From a virus (lineage: Duplodnaviria; Caudoviricetes): a DNA stretch of 39,861 nucleotides. The translations under genes were made by a program, and so were the position numbers. The DNA is taken from the IMG/VR virus record IMGVR_UViG_3300020045_002621, positions 1 to 39,861 of that record; one strand, 5' to 3'. Shown in pieces: positions 1 through 6,588 of the stretch (positions within the stretch are counted from its first letter, which is position 1; the number at the start of each line of letters is the position of its first letter). Under the pieces are notes generated by a model, which made no database searches, was not told the origin of the DNA, and saw only the letters and a program-made list of their open reading frames with translations.

Positions 1-121
1 GCAATCGACATGGCAGGACGGACAGCAAGAATATCTCATTGCAGCGCAGGATGCTGGGGCATTTGTGTGCGTGGCATTGGGCGCGCTTGGCACATGGGAG
101 GCGTTTCTGGAATGGTCTGGC
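1..121. repeat. Terminal direct repeat, left copy (121 bp)
   Basis: Identical to 39741-39861; a gene reads through the junction, consistent with an assembler overlap on a circular contig. Confidence 0.97.
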
Positions 122-130
122 CATCTATAG
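1..130 (+). CDS. 3' end of the VRR-NUC nuclease gene that spans the contig junction
   Basis: The frame starting at GTG 39466 continues ...WEAFLEWSGHL to TAG at 128-130 once the ends are joined. Confidence 0.85.
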   Translation, partial: QSTWQDGQQEYLIAAQDAGAFVCVALGALGTWEAFLEWSGHL

Positions 131-369
131 AATTGCACAGCCTTTTGTCCGGCGCGATCCGATGGGATCAGGCAAGTGATAGTGTTCGATCTTGGGCGCG
201 TCTGGCGCTGCATGAGGGCGCTTGTGAGATATGCACGCTAGACAGCAAGGAAGCGCGCGCCATGGCGCTTGGGCGCATCCCTGAGACGCTAAGGCCGCTA
301 GTGCAAGAGGAAGTGAGTCGCATCTGGCCAGTAGAGCGCGCAGCGGTGTTGAGGCGCAGGGGTTTGTAG
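112..369 (+). CDS. Hypothetical protein (85 aa)
   Basis: In-frame ATG at 112 (MVWPSIELH...) overlaps the end of VRR-NUC; last gene of the replication operon. Confidence 0.65.
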   Translation: MVWPSIELHSLLSGAIRWDQASDSVRSWARLALHEGACEICTLDSKEARAMALGRIPETLRPLVQEEVSRIWPVERAAVLRRRGL

Positions 370-372
370 CCC

Positions 373-401
373 TTGCTCACCCGCAAAATCCCCTGTATAG
401 A
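373..401 (+). promoter_or_regulatory. Putative sigma70-type promoter for a small RNA
   Basis: TTGCTC-17 bp-TATAGA with TG just before the -10 box; no ORF follows before the terminator. Confidence 0.5.
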
Positions 402-403
402 TG

Positions 404-491
404 GGATAACGCCTCCTGATTGCTCTGGGCGTTGTCGCTGGACCGCGATCTCTGAAAGGCCCGCCCGTCATAACGATAGGCGGGCCTTTTT
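404..491 (+). ncRNA. Candidate small RNA with a CCUCCU-containing hairpin
   Basis: Stem GATAACGCC (405-413) / GGCGTTGTC (428-436), CCTCCT at 412-417, followed by an intrinsic terminator. Confidence 0.45.
455..491. terminator. Rho-independent terminator, probably bidirectional
   Basis: AAAGGCCCGCC...GGCGGGCCTTTTT between convergent transcription units. Confidence 0.85.
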
Positions 492-524
492 GTGTTTAGG
501 CGGTGTATCGTAATTCCGATGGAC

Positions 525-830
525 CTACAGCCCGCTCTCCAAAACGATCTTGAATATCGTTCTATACGAGCGCCCACTATCCCGCTTGACCATTGGGAGC
601 GGATTGACGCGCAGCATTTCGATTATCCGCGCCCTTTCGTTGTCAGTTACGCCAATGCGACCGCCTTTGCCATGATCGCGAAGCCATATCTCCCTGATGG
701 TGCTGCTGGCATAGCAATGGCGGCACAGGTTAGTTTTCGGGTCACGCCGACGCTTGGCGAATGGCCTGCCGCACTGGCAATGCGTTTGCGCCTTCCGGCC
801 TGCTTCGCGTAGTGCGTCGTCCATGTTCAT
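525..830 (-). CDS. Hypothetical protein with Cys motifs and a possible C-terminal HTH
   Basis: CQCG...CRHC motifs; C-terminal LPMVKRDSGRSYRTIFKIV is HTH-like; abuts the clamp gene. Confidence 0.65.
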   Translation of the reverse strand: MNMDDALREAGRKAQTHCQCGRPFAKRRRDPKTNLCRHCYASSTIREIWLRDHGKGGRIGVTDNERARIIEMLRVNPLPMVKRDSGRSYRTIFKIVLESGL

Positions 831-831
831 G

Positions 832-1914
832 TCAAAACCTCATCGGCATAACAACGCGCACCATCTGCTTGTCGTCGTCAAGGATCATCGTGGGCGATTC
901 TGGCGTGTCCATCATCACGCGAATGTCATCGCCGCAAGTGTCGATAAGCTGCGATATGTAATTATGATTGAAGCCGATGGCCTCCATGCCTTCGGGCCAT
1001 GCTGCCGATGTTGCGACCTTCGCGTTGCCCATGCCGGTAATACCATAGGCCACGGCTAGCTTGCCACCCGCTGGCATAAACTTGACGCAGCGGATATTCT
1101 CCGACGCGATAGCGGTTGCCTGCTTGATGGCGTTGACGATTTCCACCTTCTTGAGTGCCAGCACGCGGTCATTGGCTTTCGGGATGGCCTTGGCAACATC
1201 GGGGAACGTGCCGTCGATCAACTTGGCGCGGAACGTGATGCCGGGGGTCACGAAGTCGATATGAGCCGTGTCGGTTGCACAAATCGTCACGTCCTTGCCC
1301 GCCAGATGCTTGCCGATAATGCCAACCATTTTGCGGGGTATGATGCGGATAGGGCTTTCGCTTTCGCCATAGGTGCAGATTGCCAGCCGATGACCGTCCG
1401 TGGCCTGAAAGCGCGACCCCGCCATCCACGCGATACCGTTGAGATAGTAGCGCGTTTCCTCGGTAGAAATGCAGCCCTTGACCTTGGCCATAAGCGCGGC
1501 CAGCGAGCCGTTGCCAAATGTTTCCAGCACGTCGCCGCGCTCCCATGCGAACGCTGGGAAATCATCTGCCGGGTATGCAAAAACATCATAGGAAGCGCCG
1601 CCATCATCCAGCGTAACAATTGCACCATTGTTAGTGGCGGCGATCTTTATGCTCGACCGGCCCGCCGCTTTTGCGATGCCATGCAGGACGCGGGCGTCAA
1701 TGCACAAGTCCAGCGATTTGGAACGGTCCATAACATCGACGTGGATGGTCGCTTCAATATCCAGGTCCGTGCCAATGACGTGCAGGCCGTCCTGATACAA
1801 GCGCAGGCGCGCGGTGGACAGGATCGGGATAGTGCTGCGCTTTTCGATGACGCTGATTGCGATCTTCATCGCGTCAAGCAAGTGGCGGGCTTCAACGGTT
1901 ACAAAATTGGTCAT
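832..1914 (-). CDS. dnaN: DNA polymerase III beta sliding clamp homolog
   Basis: 360 aa with IEKRSTIPILS, GTDLD, STEETRYYLNGI, ATDGHRLA, KLIDGTFPD, IGFN and a C-terminal VVMPMR. Confidence 0.95.
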   Translation of the reverse strand: MTNFVTVEARHLLDAMKIAISVIEKRSTIPILSTARLRLYQDGLHVIGTDLDIEATIHVDVMDRSKSLDLCIDARVLHGIAKAAGRSSIKIAATNNGAIVTLDDGGASYDVFAYPADDFPAFAWERGDVLETFGNGSLAALMAKVKGCISTEETRYYLNGIAWMAGSRFQATDGHRLAICTYGESESPIRIIPRKMVGIIGKHLAGKDVTICATDTAHIDFVTPGITFRAKLIDGTFPDVAKAIPKANDRVLALKKVEIVNAIKQATAIASENIRCVKFMPAGGKLAVAYGITGMGNAKVATSAAWPEGMEAIGFNHNYISQLIDTCGDDIRVMMDTPESPTMILDDDKQMVRVVMPMRF

Positions 1915-1938
1915 TGCGTTTTCCTTTCGTGAGATAAA

Positions 1939-2304
1939 TTAGGCTAAGGCACCCCAAGCTGTCCGGCCATGCGTTGTCAGGGTCACCGCTGTATGCGTGC
2001 AGTTACCCGACCGTGCGCCACAACGCGGGCAACACCATTGCTCAATGCGGACAGGCTCGTCCTCAGCCACTACAGCGCTGTAACGCGACAGAGTGTGACC
2101 AACGCCGGGGATGATGAAGATACGCTTCTTGCCGCGCTCAGGGGCTTTGATACGGCCTTCCGTGAGCAAGTCGCCGATATATTGATTGACTTGCCGTGTC
2201 GGCACTCCGAGCGCTGTTGCCATTTCCTGATTTGTAGGCGTTGGCTTGCCGATGTTCTCGGCTATGTGGTCGAATATGGCGGTGCGATGCTGGGCGGGGG
2301 TCAT
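1939..2304 (-). CDS. Winged-HTH (LexA-like N-terminus) protein with a C-terminal CxxC motif
   Basis: PTNQEMATALGVPTRQVNQYIGDLLTEGRI; CPRCG. Confidence 0.7.
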   Translation of the reverse strand: MTPAQHRTAIFDHIAENIGKPTPTNQEMATALGVPTRQVNQYIGDLLTEGRIKAPERGKKRIFIIPGVGHTLSRYSAVVAEDEPVRIEQWCCPRCGARSGNCTHTAVTLTTHGRTAWGALA

Positions 2305-2660
2305 TGGCCGAGCGCCTTGGCGATAGCGGCTACTGCGGTCTTGACGCCTCCGATATTGCGATTACTGGCAGCGCGATCCATTTTCGCCGCCTCGTCTCGT
2401 ATCAGCCGAAACATCGCGCGCTCTACCATGCCAAGCCGTATCTCACCGGCCACACTTTCACTCACAATGCGGTTCGCATGGGTTCCTCCCATCACTCGCC
2501 CGTTTTTGTTAATGCGGATTGCGCGGTTGCCACGCGATGCCGTCATCTGCCCGGTCGGCGTTATTTTTTCGACCGTGTATGTGGCAACATTCATGTCTCG
2601 CCATCCACATTCTGCCTGGACGTGTATAGTGTCACCCACTTTATATTGAACCGCGCTCAC
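2301..2660 (-). CDS. Hypothetical protein
   Basis: Overlaps both neighbours by 4 bp, suggesting translational coupling. Confidence 0.7.
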   Translation of the reverse strand: MSAVQYKVGDTIHVQAECGWRDMNVATYTVEKITPTGQMTASRGNRAIRINKNGRVMGGTHANRIVSESVAGEIRLGMVERAMFRLIRDEAAKMDRAASNRNIGGVKTAVAAIAKALGQ

Positions 2661-2851
2661 TTCCCCGCCTCCCCATTATCCAGAGCATTGCGAACCGTGG
2701 CGACGATGGTATCCCAAGTGTTCATGCTTGGGTTCCCGATGCCCCGCTCAATGTCGGAGATCACCTTGCGGCTGACGCCAGACGCATTGGCAAGGTCGAT
2801 TTGCCTCATCCCTGCGCGATGGCGGGCGAATTTCAGTTCTTCACGTTTCAT
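2657..2851 (-). CDS. XRE/Cro-family HTH regulator (64 aa)
   Basis: MKREELKFARHRAGMRQIDLANASGVSRKVISDIERGIGNPS; GGAGG SD upstream of ATG 2851. Confidence 0.9.
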   Translation of the reverse strand: MKREELKFARHRAGMRQIDLANASGVSRKVISDIERGIGNPSMNTWDTIVATVRNALDNGEAGK

Positions 2852-2874
2852 ATGTCCTCCGTTTTGATAGGTGG

Positions 2875-2902
2875 AGCATATACGAATAAAACGACATATC
2901 AA
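2875..2902 (-). promoter_or_regulatory. Leftward promoter for the HTH-clamp operon
   Basis: TTGATA-16 bp-TATGCT on the minus strand. Confidence 0.6.
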
Positions 2903-2915
2903 GCGCAATTGCGTG

Positions 2916-2943
2916 TTGACAGGTGATTTTCGTTCTGTATGTT
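2916..2943 (+). promoter_or_regulatory. Rightward early promoter
   Basis: TTGACA-16 bp-TATGTT, back-to-back with the leftward promoter. Confidence 0.65.
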
Positions 2944-2986
2944 GGGCGCAACAGAAACGCACCAACCCTTTCTTTCGGAGGTTCCG

Positions 2987-3202
2987 ATGTTTTCTCGTTC
3001 CGCTTCTTACGTAAAGACCACCGGCGAATGGGCCGCGATGGCGAGGCGTCGTTCGGTTGATGCCGCTGCCAAGACCTTCGCCAAGGTCAACATGGTTGCG
3101 GTGGTTATGCTCGGCAACGATGATGCGGTGGTGTATCTCTATGACGTTGCGAATGATCGCATCGCCAAGCAAGTCAATCACAATGTGGAGTGGACAGCAT
3201 GA
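2987..3202 (+). CDS. Hypothetical protein (71 aa)
   Basis: GGAGGT SD before ATG 2987; first gene after the promoter. Confidence 0.7.
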   Translation: MFSRSASYVKTTGEWAAMARRRSVDAAAKTFAKVNMVAVVMLGNDDAVVYLYDVANDRIAKQVNHNVEWTA

Positions 3203-3429
3203 TCCACCAGTTTTACAACGTCTCAAATCTCCCCCGCTTGGTCTGGCCTCGGCCTGATCGCAATTGGGACATTTATGCGGACGCTCGCGGCAACTGCGCC
3301 GCCATTCCTACCAAGCCCGGTGCGCAAGCCACCCACTTCGGTGATCTTCGGCACGTCGCCCGCATCAAGCGTAAAGAAGCTGCCGCTCGTGGCTTTCGTC
3401 GCAACATTTGGAAGAAAGGCTGTTCATGA
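3199..3429 (+). CDS. Hypothetical protein (76 aa)
   Basis: ATGA overlaps at both ends. Confidence 0.7.
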   Translation: MIHQFYNVSNLPRLVWPRPDRNWDIYADARGNCAAIPTKPGAQATHFGDLRHVARIKRKEAAARGFRRNIWKKGCS

Positions 3430-3584
3430 TTATCGACATTGACTGCCCGTTTTGCAACGGTGCCGGTAAGGTTCACTCCCCCGGCTGCAACGGCGATCCC
3501 GACGACGATGGGATGGATTGCCCACGTTGCGGCGGAGAAGGCTGCATCGCCCACGATCTTAACGATGATGTGGACGACGAATAA
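3426..3584 (+). CDS. Small DnaJ-type zinc-finger protein (52 aa)
   Basis: Translated by hand: MIIDIDCPFCNGAGKVHSPGCNGDPDDDGMDCPRCGGEGCIAHDLNDDVDDE; two CxxCxGxG motifs; ATGA-coupled. Confidence 0.8.
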   Translation: MIIDIDCPFCNGAGKVHSPGCNGDPDDDGMDCPRCGGEGCIAHDLNDDVDDE

Positions 3585-3615
3585 CACCAACCGCATACAG
3601 CGATGGAGAGCAATT

Positions 3616-3852
3616 ATGAATATCCAAGAACAGGCCGCCCAATACGGCATCACACTGTTACAGGCCCACCGCAAATTGCGGGCGCGCAAGGCACTGGTAG
3701 AGCGCGGCTTCCAACGCGAGTTTGGTCGCCGACATAAGTTCGATTGGTCGCGCCACGATGACGCTCATCCCGATGCGGTAATGGCCGCGCTGGACACCGG
3801 CTTGCTCGACACCGCGAAGGTTCTGGACGCGCTCAAGGCTATCAGCAAGTGA
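3616..3852 (+). CDS. Hypothetical protein (78 aa)
   Basis: GGAG SD before ATG 3616 (MNIQEQAAQ...). Confidence 0.7.
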   Translation: MNIQEQAAQYGITLLQAHRKLRARKALVERGFQREFGRRHKFDWSRHDDAHPDAVMAALDTGLLDTAKVLDALKAISK

Positions 3853-3932
3853 CCCGCGCTTTTGAGGTTGTGGGCCTTCTCACCTTCATTGCCATAGCTA
3901 TCCTGTGGATGAACATCATCCCGACGATTTGA
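3849..3932 (+). CDS. Small single-TM hydrophobic peptide (27 aa)
   Basis: GTGA overlap; MTRAFEVVGLLTFIAIAILWMNIIPTI fills the gap in the operon. Confidence 0.55.
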   Translation: MTRAFEVVGLLTFIAIAILWMNIIPTI

Positions 3933-3939
3933 GGTTATC

Positions 3940-4065
3940 ATGATCGAACGCATACAAGGGCGATATGTCCACCGTTACAACCCACGCTTGATTGACGCCA
4001 TCGTGCGGGCCAAGCAGGATCAATTCAACAGCGTTGCGGAAGTGCGCGCGGAGGTGAAATCATGA
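3940..4065 (+). CDS. Hypothetical protein (41 aa)
   Basis: GAGGT SD; MIERIQGRYVHRYNPRLIDAIVRAKQDQFNSVAEVRAEVKS; ATGA overlap with the next gene. Confidence 0.6.
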   Translation: MIERIQGRYVHRYNPRLIDAIVRAKQDQFNSVAEVRAEVKS

Positions 4066-5327
4066 GTAATGAAACGAGTGACGGGCTGCTGCCTTGCCCA
4101 TTTTGCGGCGGCAAGACGGGAAGGCGGCTAACAATAATCCGGTATAGGCCAGTGGACCCCCAAAGTTATGCGAGCGACGCGGTTTCATGCGGTTGCTCGG
4201 CTAAAATACACAGCAAGGTAGCCAGCGCCAGCGATGAAGTCTTACGTCAATCTGCTATAGACACATGGAACACCCGCACCGCTCTACCCCACCCCACCCC
4301 AGCGTTTGATGCGGCGGCGGTGCGGGAGGCGTGCGCTAGGGTCCACACGCTCGATTTTCCAGATGGCTCCAGCCTGCGGGTTGATTATCCAGAAACTAAA
4401 GATTGGGCAAAGTCGTGGACCTTCAAAAGTCCAACGGGCGGCGTCGCGACGCAAGAGCAGGATTGGGAAGTTGTCGAGCATATCGGGCTGACCGCAATTC
4501 TGGAAAGCTACGCCCGCGCGCTCCCTCTCCCCGAAGCCCCCGCCAGCGTTCATGCTGGGATGCGGGCCGCCGATATGCTGGAGACGGCCAAGGAATTGCG
4601 CGCGAACAGCAATGGGAGATGCGGCGATATACGTGAGGCCATTATGTGGGAGGGTAAGGCGGCCTCCATTCTCGCCCTCGCCGATCACGAACGAACATCA
4701 AAGACCGTTGAAGACAGCGAGGAGGCAGTTGGCTGTCAGCAAGAGGCGGTGGGGATTGCGGGATCAATGCCGGGGACCAGCGGGTTTACGATGGCCGTAT
4801 TTAAGGCGGCAGATGTCCCGATTGGAACCCCGCTATACGCCCACCCAGCCCCGCAAGCGCAGGGTGTGGAAGCCCCCGCATTTGCCACCGACGAAATGGT
4901 CGAGGCCGGTCTAAAAACAGGATCGCGCTACGGGGCTGCTGCTATGCGTAATATCTGGCGCGAAATGTATCTGGCATCGACCAAGCGCACACCACCCGAA
5001 ATCGACACCGTAGCCAGCCACGCCGGAAACGGCGGCACGTTCGACCCGCTTGATCCGGGTTTTGGGGGAGGGGTGAACGACTTTACCCCCAAGCCGATGA
5101 CCGCTGGCATCCACCAACGTGCAGACGGCACCTACTTCCGTGTCCACTATATGGAACCAGAACCCGGTGTCGGTGCAGGCTGGTATTGGGACGGATGCGA
5201 TCATGATGGCGTTTGGGATGGCGATTGGATTTCCGGCCCATACAGCACAGTAGAGCAAGCGGCAGACGATGGCTGGCATGACGAAGTTCTGTCCACAGGA
5301 ACCCTCACCGAAAGGAGCGAGTCATGA
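4062..5327 (+). CDS. Mosaic protein with an N-terminal Lar-family (restriction alleviation) zinc-finger domain
   Basis: LLPCPFCGG...CGCSA...AIDTWNTR motif followed by several linker-separated segments (e.g. PLYAHPAP). Confidence 0.75.
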   Translation: MSNETSDGLLPCPFCGGKTGRRLTIIRYRPVDPQSYASDAVSCGCSAKIHSKVASASDEVLRQSAIDTWNTRTALPHPTPAFDAAAVREACARVHTLDFPDGSSLRVDYPETKDWAKSWTFKSPTGGVATQEQDWEVVEHIGLTAILESYARALPLPEAPASVHAGMRAADMLETAKELRANSNGRCGDIREAIMWEGKAASILALADHERTSKTVEDSEEAVGCQQEAVGIAGSMPGTSGFTMAVFKAADVPIGTPLYAHPAPQAQGVEAPAFATDEMVEAGLKTGSRYGAAAMRNIWREMYLASTKRTPPEIDTVASHAGNGGTFDPLDPGFGGGVNDFTPKPMTAGIHQRADGTYFRVHYMEPEPGVGAGWYWDGCDHDGVWDGDWISGPYSTVEQAADDGWHDEVLSTGTLTERSES

Positions 5328-5509
5328 GCGAGCAACTGGATGAGGCGCTTGCAGCCGCCCGCAAATGGATGCGAACCGCCTCGATAGAGGAAAAGGCGGA
5401 GATGACTAAAGCCCAGCGCGAAAGCTGGGTGCGCGCCTTTACGACGCCCTGCGAACATGGGCAGCTTGATTTTGAGCAATGCGGGGAATGTAGGGGCGCA
5501 GGACAATGA
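5324..5509 (+). CDS. Hypothetical protein
   Basis: AAGGAG SD, ATGA coupling, C-terminal CEHG...CGEC. Confidence 0.7.
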   Translation: MSEQLDEALAAARKWMRTASIEEKAEMTKAQRESWVRAFTTPCEHGQLDFEQCGECRGAGQ

Positions 5510-5715
5510 GTGAGCGACAATGCCAGTCCTATCGAGAAGGCGCAATTTGTGCAGACGGTTTTGTCCAGAAGCCAATTTGCCGGGGCTACGCTGGCTGTCT
5601 GCATTGTGGAAATGTGACCGATGCCGCGACCCCAAATTGTTGCCGCGAAGAAATGCCTCATCACTACGTTACAGATGCGGGTGGCCCGCGCTATTATGAA
5701 AGGCATGTGTCATGA
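5506..5715 (+). CDS. Cys-rich hypothetical protein
   Basis: ATGA coupling at both ends. Confidence 0.6.
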   Translation: MSERQCQSYREGAICADGFVQKPICRGYAGCLHCGNVTDAATPNCCREEMPHHYVTDAGGPRYYERHVS

Positions 5716-6155
5716 GCGAGCGGGATGCGATTGTTGCTTGGCTTAAATCACCGGACAGGGCCGCGGGGTTGCGCGTTCAATCTCTAGTTGCCGCTGCCGA
5801 CGCCATCGAGCGCGGCGAGTATTTGTCAGATGCCCCATCGCCCGCCGCCGATGCGATTGTGACGGACGCGGATCGGGAGGCGGCAGGGGGTGTATACCGC
5901 GCACTGTATAGGCAACTTGGTGCTGGGCCTGTATCCGAAGTGACCAAAGACGCAGACGGTGTGGTCCAAGCCTTCGCCCGCCACCGGATCGCCCATTCGC
6001 CGGTGGATGAGGTTGCGCGGTTGCGGGAGGCTTTGGGCCGTCAGTGCGACAACATGGCGTTTGTGCTGAACAAGGCAACCTTACCAGACCAATGGTATTG
6101 CAAGTTCAGCAACGAATTGCAGGAAGCCCGCAAAGCACTGGACACCCGGCCATGA
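5712..6155 (+). CDS. Hypothetical protein
   Basis: ATGA coupling; VTDADREAA...VQAFARHRIA segment of small-phage-ORF style. Confidence 0.7.
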   Translation: MSERDAIVAWLKSPDRAAGLRVQSLVAAADAIERGEYLSDAPSPAADAIVTDADREAAGGVYRALYRQLGAGPVSEVTKDADGVVQAFARHRIAHSPVDEVARLREALGRQCDNMAFVLNKATLPDQWYCKFSNELQEARKALDTRP

Positions 6156-6385
6156 GCGGCGATTATCGAATAGAAGTGGTCGAGGACAAGCCAGTCGGCG
6201 GCATGTGGCATTGCGGTCCAAACGCTGCATGGGTGACGGTGACGCATTTTCCAACGATGATTTCGGCGCGCGCGTTCGACCATTCGCAGCACGCGGCAAA
6301 GCAAGCCGCCCAAGCGTGCTGCGAAATGATGGTCGAGCAATCTCGGATGTTGAAATGCCAGTTTCCTGAGAGGGTTTTGCCATGA
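6152..6385 (+). CDS. Release-factor (RF-1 domain)-like small protein with degenerate GGQ (77 aa)
   Basis: GGMWHCGPNAAWVTVTHFPTMISARAFDHSQHAAKQAA aligns by eye with RF [23 protein letters not shown]...RSQHKNKAKA. Confidence 0.6.
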   Translation: MSGDYRIEVVEDKPVGGMWHCGPNAAWVTVTHFPTMISARAFDHSQHAAKQAAQACCEMMVEQSRMLKCQFPERVLP

Positions 6386-6588
6386 GCGGACATGACATTT
6401 GTGCAATGTGTAGCAAGCCCACGCCAGCCGACCACGGCCTGCTATGCGAGTATCACCGACGCCAGGATGACAAGATCAAGGCCATGGTAGCCGCCCAGCC
6501 GGTCCAGCAAGCCACGCTTGGCGATGAGTGTTCGTGCGTGGCTTGCCGGTCGGATTTGGCGGGGTTGGTGGAGTGTGAGGCTACTTAA
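6382..6588 (+). CDS. Cys-rich hypothetical protein
   Basis: ATGA coupling; CAMC, CEYH and CSCVAC motifs; converges on the late operon. Confidence 0.65.
   Translation: MSGHDICAMCSKPTPADHGLLCEYHRRQDDKIKAMVAAQPVQQATLGDECSCVACRSDLAGLVECEAT

Noticed and set aside
1-121. Terminal repeat as a biological DTR of the virion DNA
   Set aside because: It falls mid-gene and its length is typical of an assembler k-mer overlap; real termini cannot be inferred without reads
2657-3226. 189-aa version of the HTH ORF, and likewise 32008-32556
   Set aside because: The extensions run across promoters, opposite-strand genes or the tRNA-like element; SD-supported starts are at 2851 and 32214
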